DNA of 64,000 nucleotides from Nemertoderma westbladi (GCA_032718475.1 JAUCBJ010008086.1:43123-107122), one strand, 5' to 3'; shown: positions 25,416 through 36,490, counted from the stretch's first letter. Numbers and translations are program-made. Notes: generated from the letters alone by a model not told the origin.

Positions 25416-26706
25416 AGTTTATGCGATTATTCGCAACATTCATGTCCCCAAGTTTATTCCTACAGTAATTGTGCTTGTTACACATACCGTTATAGTTAAA
25501 TTAACCCCGGTACTACACGGGCTGCTTGGCGTAGGAAAAGACTGGTGACTTTGTGCTTCGGTCACTCCAGCAGATGCCGTGGTTCTTTTAACTGTTCAAG
25601 TATATTTAACTACTAATTATTGTTGTACCAGTATTTGTACATAATTTAGGGTTTAGTGTACAGTGCTTTCCGAAGGTAATTAGTGTGTAGGCAGTATATT
25701 TGTGTTGTAAAGTGGTTAATAGGCACGTTGGATCTGGTAGTCCGTGGTAATTAACTTCCAGGTAGGAACACTCCGTGATACATAACGTAGTACCTATAGC
25801 GATACGGCTATAGGTCGTCAGGCGGTGGTATTTTCCTATCTGGACAGTGCAATATATTTACTACTACTTATTATTTTCAAATACCGTAGTACCCTGTCTG
25901 TTGTAATAACCAGAATTCTAACCCTTTGTTAGGCTGGTTTGTAGACTTCCTGTGAAATTACCCTAAAAATTTCGTACGTAATATTTTGTTGTGTTTAATT
26001 AGAGATTTAATCTCACCCGTATCGTAAGTAATTTGTAGTATTAAGTAACTTAGGTAAATTAGAATTATCTGTTTTAGTGTCCCATAGGTAGCACTTCACT
26101 GAGAGCGCACAGCTTCTGTGTAGTGACACCCCAGAAATAATAACATTTATTTCAAATATTGACAAAAAACCCATTTTAAACGGGTATATAAATATTATAA
26201 ATCAACTCAAACGATTTATAAATAGTAGGCCTGCCATACAACAACTAGGTCTCAATATCAGTTGGACTACTGCTTAAATAACGGTAATAAAGTAAGTTAA
26301 AGTAACCAAGTAACCCTAAAATATTCAGAAATTCAATTATTCTAAAATAATTGTCATACCAGTATTTACCATAGGCTTATTATATTTATTTCTATAAATT
26401 TGGGTTGAAATCATACCGGTATTCTGTAATTAATTCTAGTTCATAATTATACTTATATATACTATAAGTGTAAGCTGTATACCGGTATTCACGATAGGCC
26501 TATTATATATATATATATATTTGTGCTAAAATTATACACCGGTACTCTGTGACAAAACTAGTTTACAATACTTATATATACTATAAGTGTATACCGGTAT
26601 TCTAATACTGCAATAAATTAACGGTACTAGGCCAACGGTCATACTGAATTACTAGACTTTCTTTAACTGTAACTATAGCAGTAGACATTCAACCGTATAG
26701 CTAAGC

Positions 26707-29700
26707 ATGTCTGACACTCAGCAAAACCTGTCAGACAGTCTAATCGATACAACCATCTGTGACACAGATAGGAGTGTGGAGCGATTAAGAAAGGAGTTCA
26801 GCTCACCTCCCACTGAAAGAAAGGTCATCCCTCCAGTAGTAGTATCAGACCCTAAGCTAATCCAACACCGTAGGTCTATCATCGGCACTCGGGCCCAAGT
26901 CAAACGGAACCAGGAAGCAGCTGTCCCACAGCAGCAACAGCCTAATCAAGAAACTTGTTCCCAGCGATCCGATAGCTCCAGTAGTTCGGATACTGTCGAG
27001 CTGACCCCCGAACGCGGATTGCAGATGGCGGCTACAGCCTACTCGGATCCCCTTCTCACCCTTCCTGCCGCAGTGCTAACTACTATATTGATTGCGGTGG
27101 AGGAACATCAAGCCGATTGGGCGAGAAGTAAGCGAGCGACCCAAGATAATTATGCGGGATACGCCAGGGAAGAATTGATGTCTATTGTCGAGTCACAATG
27201 GAACTTTCCCGGACCCGGACTCCCGTTAGATTTGTCCGAGGCTACTTGGGAAGATATACACAGGATGGGAGTGACTAAAGATACAATGGACCCAGCTGTT
27301 TGGAAGAGGTCGGCAGCAGGATATGTGCAGGGATTCTTCGGCTCCTTGGAGCGATTGGAAGAACAACTGTTTCGACAACCCCAAGGACCTCAAGAGCAGG
27401 AAGAGCTGCTATATCAAGTACGCGAAAGAACCCTACGCATTAGACTAATCCTATCAGCCTTTGAGGAAACTTCCAAAAGAAGACAGGACACGTCGCTGCA
27501 GGTTGCTGTCAAAACTTGGTTCCAGCGGGTAGGTCTCAAAGTACAAGAAACGGACCAGTGGAAATCCCAGCTGTCTGAGAGACTAACCTATGAAGAACCA
27601 ACCGATGCCACCCTTTCTCAAGTGGAAGGCGAAGAGACCGCAGAGAGACCACGAACGAGAGACGCCATCGACATATATCTGTCCGACTATCAGCGATTCC
27701 TAGGAGACGAAGAGTTGAGGAGACGGCTGTCTGGACTTTCCCCTAATAGTGAAGGAACCCAGCGTGTGTTAGACTCAATCGATGCTGAAATGTTAGCTGC
27801 TAACCAAGCTGAGTTTGATGAAAAACTCCGCCTCACTAGAGTCCAAGAAGAACTAGTAAAGAAAAGACGGATAGAGGACCGAAAGGCAGCTGAAGTAACA
27901 GCGGCAATGGCAGAAGTAGAAGCAGAAAGAAAGGCAGCGGCGGCAGAAGCAGAAGCAGAAAGAAAAGTAACAGCGGCAATGGCAGAAGTAGAAGCAGAAA
28001 GAAAAGTAACAGCGGCAATGGCAGAAGTAGAAGCAGAAAGAAAGGCAGCGGCGGCAGAAGCAGAAGCAGAAAGAAAAGCAGCAAAGGCAGTGGCAGAAGC
28101 AGAACGGAGAGCCTCTGAGGAGACTACCCAACTGGAGTTGGAAAATCTGCAAGAGACGCAAGACAACATAAATAAACAGTTAACTGCTAGTCAAATGCAG
28201 ATGAACAGAAGATCTACTCCCAAACGCCAGGGATATACGTCATCGGAGGAAAGCGAAACCACCGATCCTGAAGGCGGAGGAAACAGATCTCGTCTAAGCA
28301 GGCGTAGAAAAACATCTTACCGTCACAAATTGCCTGATTTGCCCCCAGCTGCTAGAAGACAACTAGCTAGCACCGACTTAAGTAGTATAGAACCTACAGA
28401 CCAAATTATTAAGGTCAAAAAACTCCCTACTATAGTTGATGAGCCTGAAATAATTAGGCCTGTCGTTCCCAAAGTCACTCCTGTGCTAGAGACCCCTGTA
28501 CTTCCAGAGCTTAACTCTAAATTTCCTTTACACAGTACTACACTGCCTGTACCCGGTAGAACAGTCCATGAGAATATCCCTGTCCTGGAAGCTGAGAGAG
28601 AAATCAAAGATTTGTCTCCCGTCGTCCCGCATCAGCCCGCTACAATGTTGGCGACTCCCGCTTCGGCGGTCGAGTGGGTAGAGGAGGGACGGCGGGGGAT
28701 GAATCTCCTGCTCGGACAGATGCAGGAGACTGTCCACCAACTTAAGGGAACAGTAAGGGAAGGTAGGGCCGAATTGCAAGAAGTGCAGCAAAGTATCGCG
28801 CTAGAACGCGACAAATTAGTCAACATACAAAAAGGTATACCAATACCCCCTGTAAAATTGTGTCAACCTGTTAGGTCTGAAGTATTACATGCGCAAGGTG
28901 TGGAGCCTACACGCATCTATACTGCTAGTGAAGTAGAAACTCCTATAGCAAACCCTGTTAAGGGTGATTATAGACCTGTTGTTAATGATATTCCCTATAG
29001 ACCTGACAATGATCTGAGAAATTTATATACCGATAATTCGATATTAAATAACACGATGGCCCAAGAAAGCTTTACGCGTCAGATGGCTAGAACAGAAGCC
29101 CGCCAAGCGGTCAAAGTGGGAGAGATCGTCAAATTCAATGGAGATGAGATGAAATGGTTACCTTTCAACGAATATTACAAAGACAGCATACAGAACTCTG
29201 TGCTATCTACCGGAGAGAAACTTAGGTTCCTCATCAAGTGCTTGGAAGGACCTCCCAAGTTAATGGCGCTAAAGTTTATTGGACATCCAGAAGGATTAAG
29301 ACAAGTTTGGGATACATTAAACATCAGGTATGGTAACAAGGATAACATAGCTAAGTATTTGTATGCAAAATTAGTAGCCCCCCGAAACTTCCTTAGTAGT
29401 GGTATTATAGAGTTTTCCGATGAGATTCAGGAGATCTGTAGACAATTGGACTGGTTAGGTAAGTCTCATGAATATCAGAGTTCCATGGTTATTGGAGCAG
29501 TAGTCTCTACTTTACCAAAGGGTGGGGTATGTACGCGTTGGGACAAGAAAGTGTTGTACATGAATGAACAACAACGACGAAGCCCTACCATGGCTGATCT
29601 CATGTCCTTCTTAGATGGTGAAGTAAAACTACAACTCATCAAGCAGTCCAGAGAGAAAATATCGGAAAATAAGGTAAGTGAGAAACCCGCTTCTAAGAGA

Positions 29701-32700
29701 AGAGTAACACCGGTGTGTTACACTGACGACGGCGAAAGCCAAGCTTCTCAAGAAGAGGACAGCGGGAAAGACACTGATAGATCTTACTACGTTGAAAAAA
29801 CCTCAAAAGACGTAAGTAAATACAAGGCTCGAAACAACGATAGGAGAGAACAGGTTGCCAAGACCCCTCCTCAGTCTCCTAACAGAATGCACCGAAGAAA
29901 GCCCGAAGAAAGAACGAGAGTGCATCAGGTTACCCAAGGTAAAGTGAGTAACATAAAACCCAACTGTGCGCTGTGCGAAGGTACCCACCGTTTGAGTGCG
30001 TGTGCTGAATTTCTAAAGAAATCCCTTGTAGACAGACGTGCAGTCGTGTGGGATAAGCGGTTATGCTATAATTGCCTCAGACCAGGACACCAACGGCGAA
30101 CCTGTTACTCCGACATAAAGTGTGCAAAGTGTAGCGCGAAACATCACATTTTGTTACACAGTGAGTTCGACCGAGACAACCCGGGTCAGGTAAGTGAGCC
30201 CGAACTACATGTCCAATTCAGTGATGTAAACGACACTGATCAAGAATCTGAGATGGAAGGATTCTATACTGACGAATTCTCCGACGCCAACGAATCCTGT
30301 TATCTAATCAATACCGCAGTGTATCGAGCACTTACTTATGAAAAGGACACCAACAATGAGTTCCCCCCAACTACCTTTGACAGACAACCATCTTGGAAAG
30401 CTCCAGCTTCCAATGTAGGAATCAGAGAATTTCCTGTAGTGCAGGTAAGAGTTCACGGTCTTAACAACAGTTACATAGTGAACGCCCTCCTTGACTCCGG
30501 CAGTACAGGAACATTCATCGATCAAGAACTAGCCGAAGATATCTTTGCTGGACAACCCAAATTCCGGACTAAATTGAATATGTCAGGAATTATGCAGGTT
30601 TGGAAATCTACCCTAACGGCAGATTACTATGTAGGTGTATTGTCCACCCCCCAGGATAAGTTAGGAGCACAAGGTATAAGGTCGGTAAAAATGGTGGCTA
30701 TAAAGAACTTCGCTACTACTCAAGCAGACCTTTATAATTGGGACGAGGATGAAAGCATCCAACATCTTAAGATACCTCGATTCCAGACAGATTATCCTGG
30801 AGTGCAAATACTCAACGGCCAAAACGCGCATGAGGCGCTCGAGACATTGGAGAAACGGCCTGCTCAACCGCAGCCACTGCAAACCTATGCGGTAAGAACT
30901 AGAGTAGGTTGGTACTTTACTGGCCCTTCCCGCAGGACTCTCGAAGAGAGAATGCCACAAGAACGAACATCCCAAGTAAATGAATGGGAAGTGGAGAGCA
31001 GTGAGGTGGACGAACTAACTGAGGAAACACCATACTCTTCAGATAATGACGACATCTACCAACTCTTCGATGAAGAGAACACAATCGACCTACTTACAGA
31101 AAACCAAACTTGGAAAAATCAGGTGAACCTATGTCAACTGATTCGCCCATCGGAACCCATCGCTTACAATGACGAACTAAACGATGAGATAGAGCGCGAC
31201 AACGCTAGAACTCGGGACGAACTAGCCGTACGATTCTTTACTCAAGAACTGGTAGAGCCCAATTCATATGATAAGGCCCTATCGATAGAAGAAGAAAGAG
31301 CCAAGCAAATCCAGGAAACAACTACACGTTTTTTAAAGGACCAAGGTAGATATGAAATCGGCCTGCTATTTCGAAAACGAGAACCTAGATTTATAAATAA
31401 CAGACCCTTGGCAGAGAAAAGAATCGCTCAATTACATCGACGCCTTACGGCTAATGCTCCAGCTAAAGAAATGTACCAAACTCAGCTGAAGAAATTTATA
31501 ACAAAGGGATACGCGGAGCGAGGACCGGAAGGAACACCAGTGACTGAGAGAACGTATTACTTAACACATCATTACGTTCCCAAACCCGGTAAACCCCACG
31601 AAGTACGAGTCGTATTCGATGGCTCCGCGCTATATATGGGCCAATCCCTCAATTCCAAGTTGTTACCAGGACCCAACTTACTCCAATCTTTGTTGGGAAT
31701 ACTTTTAAGATTAAGACAATATTCCATCGCGTTCGCCTCCGATATAGAAGGAATGTTCTTACAAGTCAAGGCGCTAGATAGAGATAGAGACAGCCTGAGA
31801 TTTCTGTGGTGGCCTGAAGGAGACCTCAATCAGAAACCGGTAGAGTACTGGATGACCATCCAGGCTTTTGGAATCATATCAAGCCCTTCCAACGCCTGCT
31901 CCGTGGTGCGAACCACTGCGAATGACAACCGAGACTCCTTCTCAAAAGAGGTGATAGACAACATCAAACGGAATATATACATGGACGACAATTTAAGGTC
32001 CCTTCCATCAGTAGAAGAAGCCATAGATGTCGCGAAAGGAACGGTAGAGTGTTTGAAAAGAGGTGGATTTCGACTGACGAAATTCACCAGCAACTCCCGT
32101 GAGTTTCTGGAAGCGATACCGGTAGAAGACCGAGGAGCGAAAGACCTAGACTTAATAAAGGACGATCTTCCTGAAACCAAGACGCTTGGCTTGAAGTGGG
32201 ACACTGAAAGAGACATCCTGTTTTTTCAGTTAAAACAGCGAGATAATCCAGTTCGGACCAAACGGATTTGTTTAAGTATCCTGAGCACTTATTTCGACCC
32301 ATTGGGATTTATAAGCCCAGTTATATTGATTGCTCGGAGTTTAGTACAACAAATGTGGCTTGAAAACCACTCATGGGACGATCCGCTTAAGGGAGAATTG
32401 TTAAAGAAATGGATGAAATGGGAAGATTCTCTACCTGCCATCGAGAACTTTATAATTTCCCGTGCATATTTTGGCCATGTTCTTCCTACGTATTCCTATC
32501 AACTCCATGTGTTTGGAGACGCCAGCGACATGGGAATAGGTATAGTAGCATATCTGCGAGTCGAAACCCCGGATGGAATCAAAGTCGCCTTGGTTACCTC
32601 TAAGGCATTGATTAACAACAAGTTAAAGGTTCCTCGAGCGGAGTTAAAGGCGGCTTTATACGCTACAGCCATCGGCCGGAACGTAACGGAACAAATCGAC

Positions 32701-33510
32701 TATCCACTGGAGAAAACGGTTTATTGGACCGACGCTTTACTCGTGTTGGAGTATCTAACCAATGAAGTCTGTCAGTTCAGCGTTTTTGTTACTAACAGGG
32801 TAGCTATTATTCTTAGTCGCACAAAGATAGATCAATGGAGACATTGCCCTGGTACGATTACTCCAGCCGATATCGCCTCACGGGGAGCAACTCCACAGGA
32901 ACTGATAGATACTCCAGACTGGTTGGGTGGACCCGACTTCCTGAGCAAGGAAGAGGATGAATGGCCTCCTCACCTTACTACGGCGGAGATTAGACAAGCC
33001 AAGGGAGCGGAGACAGTCAAACCTAAAACCCGGGCGAGTAAATCGAAGTTATCTAAACCGACTATCGATCTATCTGTATTACATACTTCCGGGAATGATG
33101 CTTCGGATCCACAATCCCTCAACACAAATAAGTCTGTTGTGGAAATTAGAGATAGAGATTGGAAATCTGGAATACCAGACGTCTCGCAAGGAATCTCACC
33201 CATGCTGCAGAGAGCAATGCATCACTACAGTTCCTGGAATCAGCTCTGTAAAGCCGTCACATATTTAAGACGATGTTTTCATCATCACTACTCCAGGACG
33301 AAGACCATTAGTGATACCGCTCCATTGACATCTGCACAAGTTCATGTTATTAAAAATTTACCCAAATATAAGACATCGGATCGTTTTCTAAAGGAGAAAA
33401 TTAGTCACCAGGAGCATGAAGAAACCAATAAGCAGATACTGAGACTCCTGCAATGCTATGAGGATTCCGAAAAGTATTTCCTGTTGTTGAGAAATCCGCA
33501 GATGGCTTAA
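26707..33510 (+). CDS. gag-pol: BEL/Pao gag-pol polyprotein (gag, zinc knuckles, aspartic protease, RT, RNase H)
   Basis: KFNGD...W..F gag core; CALC..HRLSAC / CYNCL..GH....C / CAKC..KHHILLH BEL knuckles; LLDSGST protease; RVVFDGS, SLN..L.PGPNL, DIEGMFLQV, YMDD; LHVFGDAS, PRAELKAA, YWTD, FV.NRV, WRHCPG..PADIASRG. Confidence 0.95.
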   Translation: MSDTQQNLSDSLIDTTICDTDRSVERLRKEFSSPPTERKVIPPVVVSDPKLIQHRRSIIGTRAQVKRNQEAAVPQQQQPNQETCSQRSDSSSSSDTVELTPERGLQMAATAYSDPLLTLPAAVLTTILIAVEEHQADWARSKRATQDNYAGYAREELMSIVESQWNFPGPGLPLDLSEATWEDIHRMGVTKDTMDPAVWKRSAAGYVQGFFGSLERLEEQLFRQPQGPQEQEELLYQVRERTLRIRLILSAFEETSKRRQDTSLQVAVKTWFQRVGLKVQETDQWKSQLSERLTYEEPTDATLSQVEGEETAERPRTRDAIDIYLSDYQRFLGDEELRRRLSGLSPNSEGTQRVLDSIDAEMLAANQAEFDEKLRLTRVQEELVKKRRIEDRKAAEVTAAMAEVEAERKAAAAEAEAERKVTAAMAEVEAERKVTAAMAEVEAERKAAAAEAEAERKAAKAVAEAERRASEETTQLELENLQETQDNINKQLTASQMQMNRRSTPKRQGYTSSEESETTDPEGGGNRSRLSRRRKTSYRHKLPDLPPAARRQLASTDLSSIEPTDQIIKVKKLPTIVDEPEIIRPVVPKVTPVLETPVLPELNSKFPLHSTTLPVPGRTVHENIPVLEAEREIKDLSPVVPHQPATMLATPASAVEWVEEGRRGMNLLLGQMQETVHQLKGTVREGRAELQEVQQSIALERDKLVNIQKGIPIPPVKLCQPVRSEVLHAQGVEPTRIYTASEVETPIANPVKGDYRPVVNDIPYRPDNDLRNLYTDNSILNNTMAQESFTRQMARTEARQAVKVGEIVKFNGDEMKWLPFNEYYKDSIQNSVLSTGEKLRFLIKCLEGPPKLMALKFIGHPEGLRQVWDTLNIRYGNKDNIAKYLYAKLVAPRNFLSSGIIEFSDEIQEICRQLDWLGKSHEYQSSMVIGAVVSTLPKGGVCTRWDKKVLYMNEQQRRSPTMADLMSFLDGEVKLQLIKQSREKISENKVSEKPASKRRVTPVCYTDDGESQASQEEDSGKDTDRSYYVEKTSKDVSKYKARNNDRREQVAKTPPQSPNRMHRRKPEERTRVHQVTQGKVSNIKPNCALCEGTHRLSACAEFLKKSLVDRRAVVWDKRLCYNCLRPGHQRRTCYSDIKCAKCSAKHHILLHSEFDRDNPGQVSEPELHVQFSDVNDTDQESEMEGFYTDEFSDANESCYLINTAVYRALTYEKDTNNEFPPTTFDRQPSWKAPASNVGIREFPVVQVRVHGLNNSYIVNALLDSGSTGTFIDQELAEDIFAGQPKFRTKLNMSGIMQVWKSTLTADYYVGVLSTPQDKLGAQGIRSVKMVAIKNFATTQADLYNWDEDESIQHLKIPRFQTDYPGVQILNGQNAHEALETLEKRPAQPQPLQTYAVRTRVGWYFTGPSRRTLEERMPQERTSQVNEWEVESSEVDELTEETPYSSDNDDIYQLFDEENTIDLLTENQTWKNQVNLCQLIRPSEPIAYNDELNDEIERDNARTRDELAVRFFTQELVEPNSYDKALSIEEERAKQIQETTTRFLKDQGRYEIGLLFRKREPRFINNRPLAEKRIAQLHRRLTANAPAKEMYQTQLKKFITKGYAERGPEGTPVTERTYYLTHHYVPKPGKPHEVRVVFDGSALYMGQSLNSKLLPGPNLLQSLLGILLRLRQYSIAFASDIEGMFLQVKALDRDRDSLRFLWWPEGDLNQKPVEYWMTIQAFGIISSPSNACSVVRTTANDNRDSFSKEVIDNIKRNIYMDDNLRSLPSVEEAIDVAKGTVECLKRGGFRLTKFTSNSREFLEAIPVEDRGAKDLDLIKDDLPETKTLGLKWDTERDILFFQLKQRDNPVRTKRICLSILSTYFDPLGFISPVILIARSLVQQMWLENHSWDDPLKGELLKKWMKWEDSLPAIENFIISRAYFGHVLPTYSYQLHVFGDASDMGIGIVAYLRVETPDGIKVALVTSKALINNKLKVPRAELKAALYATAIGRNVTEQIDYPLEKTVYWTDALLVLEYLTNEVCQFSVFVTNRVAIILSRTKIDQWRHCPGTITPADIASRGATPQELIDTPDWLGGPDFLSKEEDEWPPHLTTAEIRQAKGAETVKPKTRASKSKLSKPTIDLSVLHTSGNDASDPQSLNTNKSVVEIRDRDWKSGIPDVSQGISPMLQRAMHHYSSWNQLCKAVTYLRRCFHHHYSRTKTISDTAPLTSAQVHVIKNLPKYKTSDRFLKEKISHQEHEETNKQILRLLQCYEDSEKYFLLLRNPQMA
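27883..28110 (+). repeat. Coding Ala/Glu-rich helical repeat in gag (AEAERKVTAAMAEVE / AEAERKAAAA)
   Basis: GCAGAAG/GCGGCA-rich tandem units; a different expansion (AEAKAAA) occurs in copy 2 at ~45710-45910. Confidence 0.85.
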
Positions 33511-33530
33511 GGGATCGATTCTCGAGCACA

Positions 33531-34862
33531 ATGATAGATGGGCTAATACGTGTTGGAGGAAGACTCACCAATGCGCCCTTATCCTTTGACACTAAATTCC
33601 CCATACTCATTAGAAATCTTGAAGTACAAATCAAGATGATTGTAGATGTTCACAGCAAACTTTATCATGCTGGTAGAGAACGAGTTCTTAGCGAAATTCG
33701 AACTCGCTATTATTTTGATAAACCCCGTAGAGCTCTGAACCAAGTTCTTAGGAACTGCATACCCTGTAGGAAAGCATTCAGTAGGCCTTTAACACAGCGA
33801 GAGGCAGAATTACCTAGGGAACGAGTAAGCTTCTATGAACCACCTTTTACTAACACTGGTGTAGATTTATTTGGCCCTATTGAAGTATATCGTGCTAGGA
33901 CTATAGTCAAGAGATGGTGTGTCATCTTCGTATGCATGACTTGTAGAGCCATCCATCTCGATATGGTGAACGATCTATCTACCAACAGCTTTGTCTTAAG
34001 TTTACGCCGACAGATCGCTCGCTTCGGGACGAGTAATACCATGAGATCGGATAAGGGAACGAACTTCATTGGTGCCAACAACGAAATACAGGCTTACGTG
34101 AAGGACTGGAACCAAAGACAGGTGGACGATCAGCTAAGGATAACAGCGTCTAGCTGGACCTTCAACGCCGCCGACGCCCCTTGGTGGGGAGGAAGTTGGG
34201 AGAGATTAATTAGAAGTGTCAAGACCGCATTTCACTTTATAGTGCCATGCCGCGCGTATCTCACCGACGAACTTTTGCGGACGTTAATGGAGGAAATAGC
34301 TGCCTATCTCAACGAGAGACCGCTTATGCCAGTCTCATCGAGTCCCGATTCCCTGGAAGCGCTAACACCCGCGCACTTCCTACTGAAGAAACCTGTAGCC
34401 ATGCTCCCACGATCGGAGATTGCCGACGGAGACGAATACTGCCGTCGAACTTGGCAACTTATGCAGTTGCTATCCCGTCGTTTCGCTGACCATTTCGAGA
34501 AACATTATCTGCCCACGCTACAACTTCGAACTAAGTGGTTTGCGCAGCAAGAAAACGTCAGCGCCGGAGATATGGTGCTTATTGTAGATCCAGACCTCCC
34601 ACGTAAACGGTGGCAGACAGGTCGTATCATCGAGACCCACATCTCGGATGATGGTTTAGTACGCTCGGTAGAACTCATCGTCATGCGGCGTAACTTCAAG
34701 AAGCCAGGCATAATCTTTGAGACGCAACAACTCAATCGCCCAGTTGGTCGTTTATGTTTACTGGAAAGAGACAGAGAACTCTCCGGGAACTATGGAAGGC
34801 AAGACACTCTTCCCACGACCACCTCCCTAATTCCTCAAACATCTAGGGACTCCCTAACGTGA
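33531..34862 (+). CDS. BEL/Pao integrase, continuing gag-pol across a frameshift near 33450-33510
   Basis: DGLIRVGGRL, H...H...CxxC, PPF..TGVD.FGP, F.C...RAIHL, SDKGTNF.GA, PWWGG.WERLIRSVK, LN.RPL, LTPAHFL, DGLVRSV. Confidence 0.93.
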   Translation: MIDGLIRVGGRLTNAPLSFDTKFPILIRNLEVQIKMIVDVHSKLYHAGRERVLSEIRTRYYFDKPRRALNQVLRNCIPCRKAFSRPLTQREAELPRERVSFYEPPFTNTGVDLFGPIEVYRARTIVKRWCVIFVCMTCRAIHLDMVNDLSTNSFVLSLRRQIARFGTSNTMRSDKGTNFIGANNEIQAYVKDWNQRQVDDQLRITASSWTFNAADAPWWGGSWERLIRSVKTAFHFIVPCRAYLTDELLRTLMEEIAAYLNERPLMPVSSSPDSLEALTPAHFLLKKPVAMLPRSEIADGDEYCRRTWQLMQLLSRRFADHFEKHYLPTLQLRTKWFAQQENVSAGDMVLIVDPDLPRKRWQTGRIIETHISDDGLVRSVELIVMRRNFKKPGIIFETQQLNRPVGRLCLLERDRELSGNYGRQDTLPTTTSLIPQTSRDSLT

Positions 34863-35404
34863 TACGTCTGGAGTGGGTGTATGACTATATTATTTTACCT
34901 ATTTTATTATATTTTTATATGCGAACGTTATTATGTACTTTATTATAATCGTTTTTATTCAATTTTATTTAGTAGAATGTTATTTTAGTGATAATTTAGT
35001 AGATTAGTGCAATGTATTAGTGTTTATTACGTACGTAATTACTTATAATATATATTTAGTGCGACGGCGAGAAAATAATTATTTTTCTCTTTCCTTACTG
35101 TCCGTATCATATTGTAAATACGTGACTACAGTAAGATGAAATGTCCGTACTTATTAAAGTACAATAAAGCCACTACTATATTCAAGTATTATTGGTAGGC
35201 AGAGTATTAGGAATGCAAAGTTCAGATCCTCGTGTCTCAGCTAAACCAAGCTCTGGGTAGACCTTGGAAACGACTTGCCTCTTCACACTGACATTGCTTT
35301 GTGCGATATTGCTCTTCTACCTTATATTAAATAATACATATAGTAGCGTGATGTCCCTCTAACAGTAGCGTAAAACGCAAATAAATCTGTTAAACCTTTT
35401 GACC

Positions 35405-35700
35405 ATCTGTAATTCTAGTCGATTAAGATATCGCGGCACCCACGATATACTTGAAAGACAAATTCTAGAATCAGTGGTTAACGTCCCCAGACAAGTTCTA
35501 GAATAAATCGGTGCCCATCTTAAATATTAATTTAATATTTAGTAAAAATCTGTAAAATTCAGGTCCTTTGAAATTTCTAGTCAATTAAGATATCGCAGCA
35601 CTTACCGATACTCTTGAAAGACAATTTTATAGAATTAAGGATCCCATGTCCCCAGACCTGCTCTGGAATCAAATTGTGTCAATTTTAATATTAAATAATA
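35405..35700 (+). repeat. Diverged ~165-bp tandem duplication in the pol-ORF3 spacer
   Basis: TTCTAGTC.ATTAAGATATCGC.GCAC...TTGAAAGACAA...GTCCCCAGAC at ~35413 and ~35575; both units also present in copy 2 (~50095, ~50273). Confidence 0.75.
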
Positions 35701-36305
35701 AAATTCACGGGAATAAATTCAAATTCATATTTTAAATGAATTTCATAAATTGTCATTTTGTACAATTTATAACATTCCCAAAATTCCATTAATTATTAGA
35801 TCATGGGAGCGGAGATTCATCCTATTGAGTGTATTAGAGTGCGAGAATCTCCAACATATAGTCAATAGCCGATAAAATTAATAAAATCATGCATAAAGAG
35901 GATTTTGACAATTAAAGAATTATTATTAAATAGCATCCCAGATCTGTATGCATGAGAATTACCCTAATTCTGCTGCTAGCATTCCATAATGTCACCATAG
36001 CAACACCCACGCTAGAATTAGAAGCAAGTTAAGAGAACAATAGAAAGCTTGTCACATTGCATAGCATAGAGAATACATAGCACACTGTTAGTATCCAAGG
36101 ATACACAGTAATAACGTGACATTCTGGAAGGCACTGACTAATGGACAAATGGCCTGTATGTGTATAATTGGTGACAGTTGTGTGGAATTTGTGCGTTTAT
36201 AGGTGAATGTAACTGCTAAAGTATGTTTACAGTAGCTAGTCGCAATTGTAAAAGTAGCCCAACTCTCCTATAGAAAGAACCTAAGTGGATCCAAGCCTTT
36301 GGGAC

Positions 36306-36408
36306 GGACAGTGGAGTGACTTGTGCCGGTTATCGTTGTCGTGCTGTTGCTACATGTTGGCGTAAACACCGCGACGACGGTACATCGGCGCTGAGAATCC
36401 CACTGTCC
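36306..36408 (+). promoter_or_regulatory. Conserved long RNA hairpin ~80 nt upstream of ORF3
   Basis: GGACAGTGG/CCACTGTCC, GTGCCG/CGGCGC and ATCGTTGTCG/CGACGACGGT stems; pairing retained with different bases in copy 2 (51013-51118). Confidence 0.6.
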
Positions 36409-36490
36409 AGGGGCAAAGAGAAGTAGGCAGCGACGCCCGCTCGCCTAAAATATAAACTTATTTTGATATTAATAAACTCAGATAGCAGAT

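Noticed and set aside
27690-28169. Antisense Leu/Cys/Ala-rich ORFs (also 45513-45954, 56589-57535, 58001-58402)
   Set aside because: Shadow frames of low-complexity repeats
33440-33531. Programmed frameshift between RNase H and integrase
   Set aside because: BEL gag-pol is normally a single ORF and no clear slippery heptamer is present; mutation or sequencing error is more likely
36316-36396. SECIS-like GUGAC...UGAG motif in the hairpin
   Set aside because: Upper stem far longer than a SECIS helix, and no UGA-recoded ORF upstream
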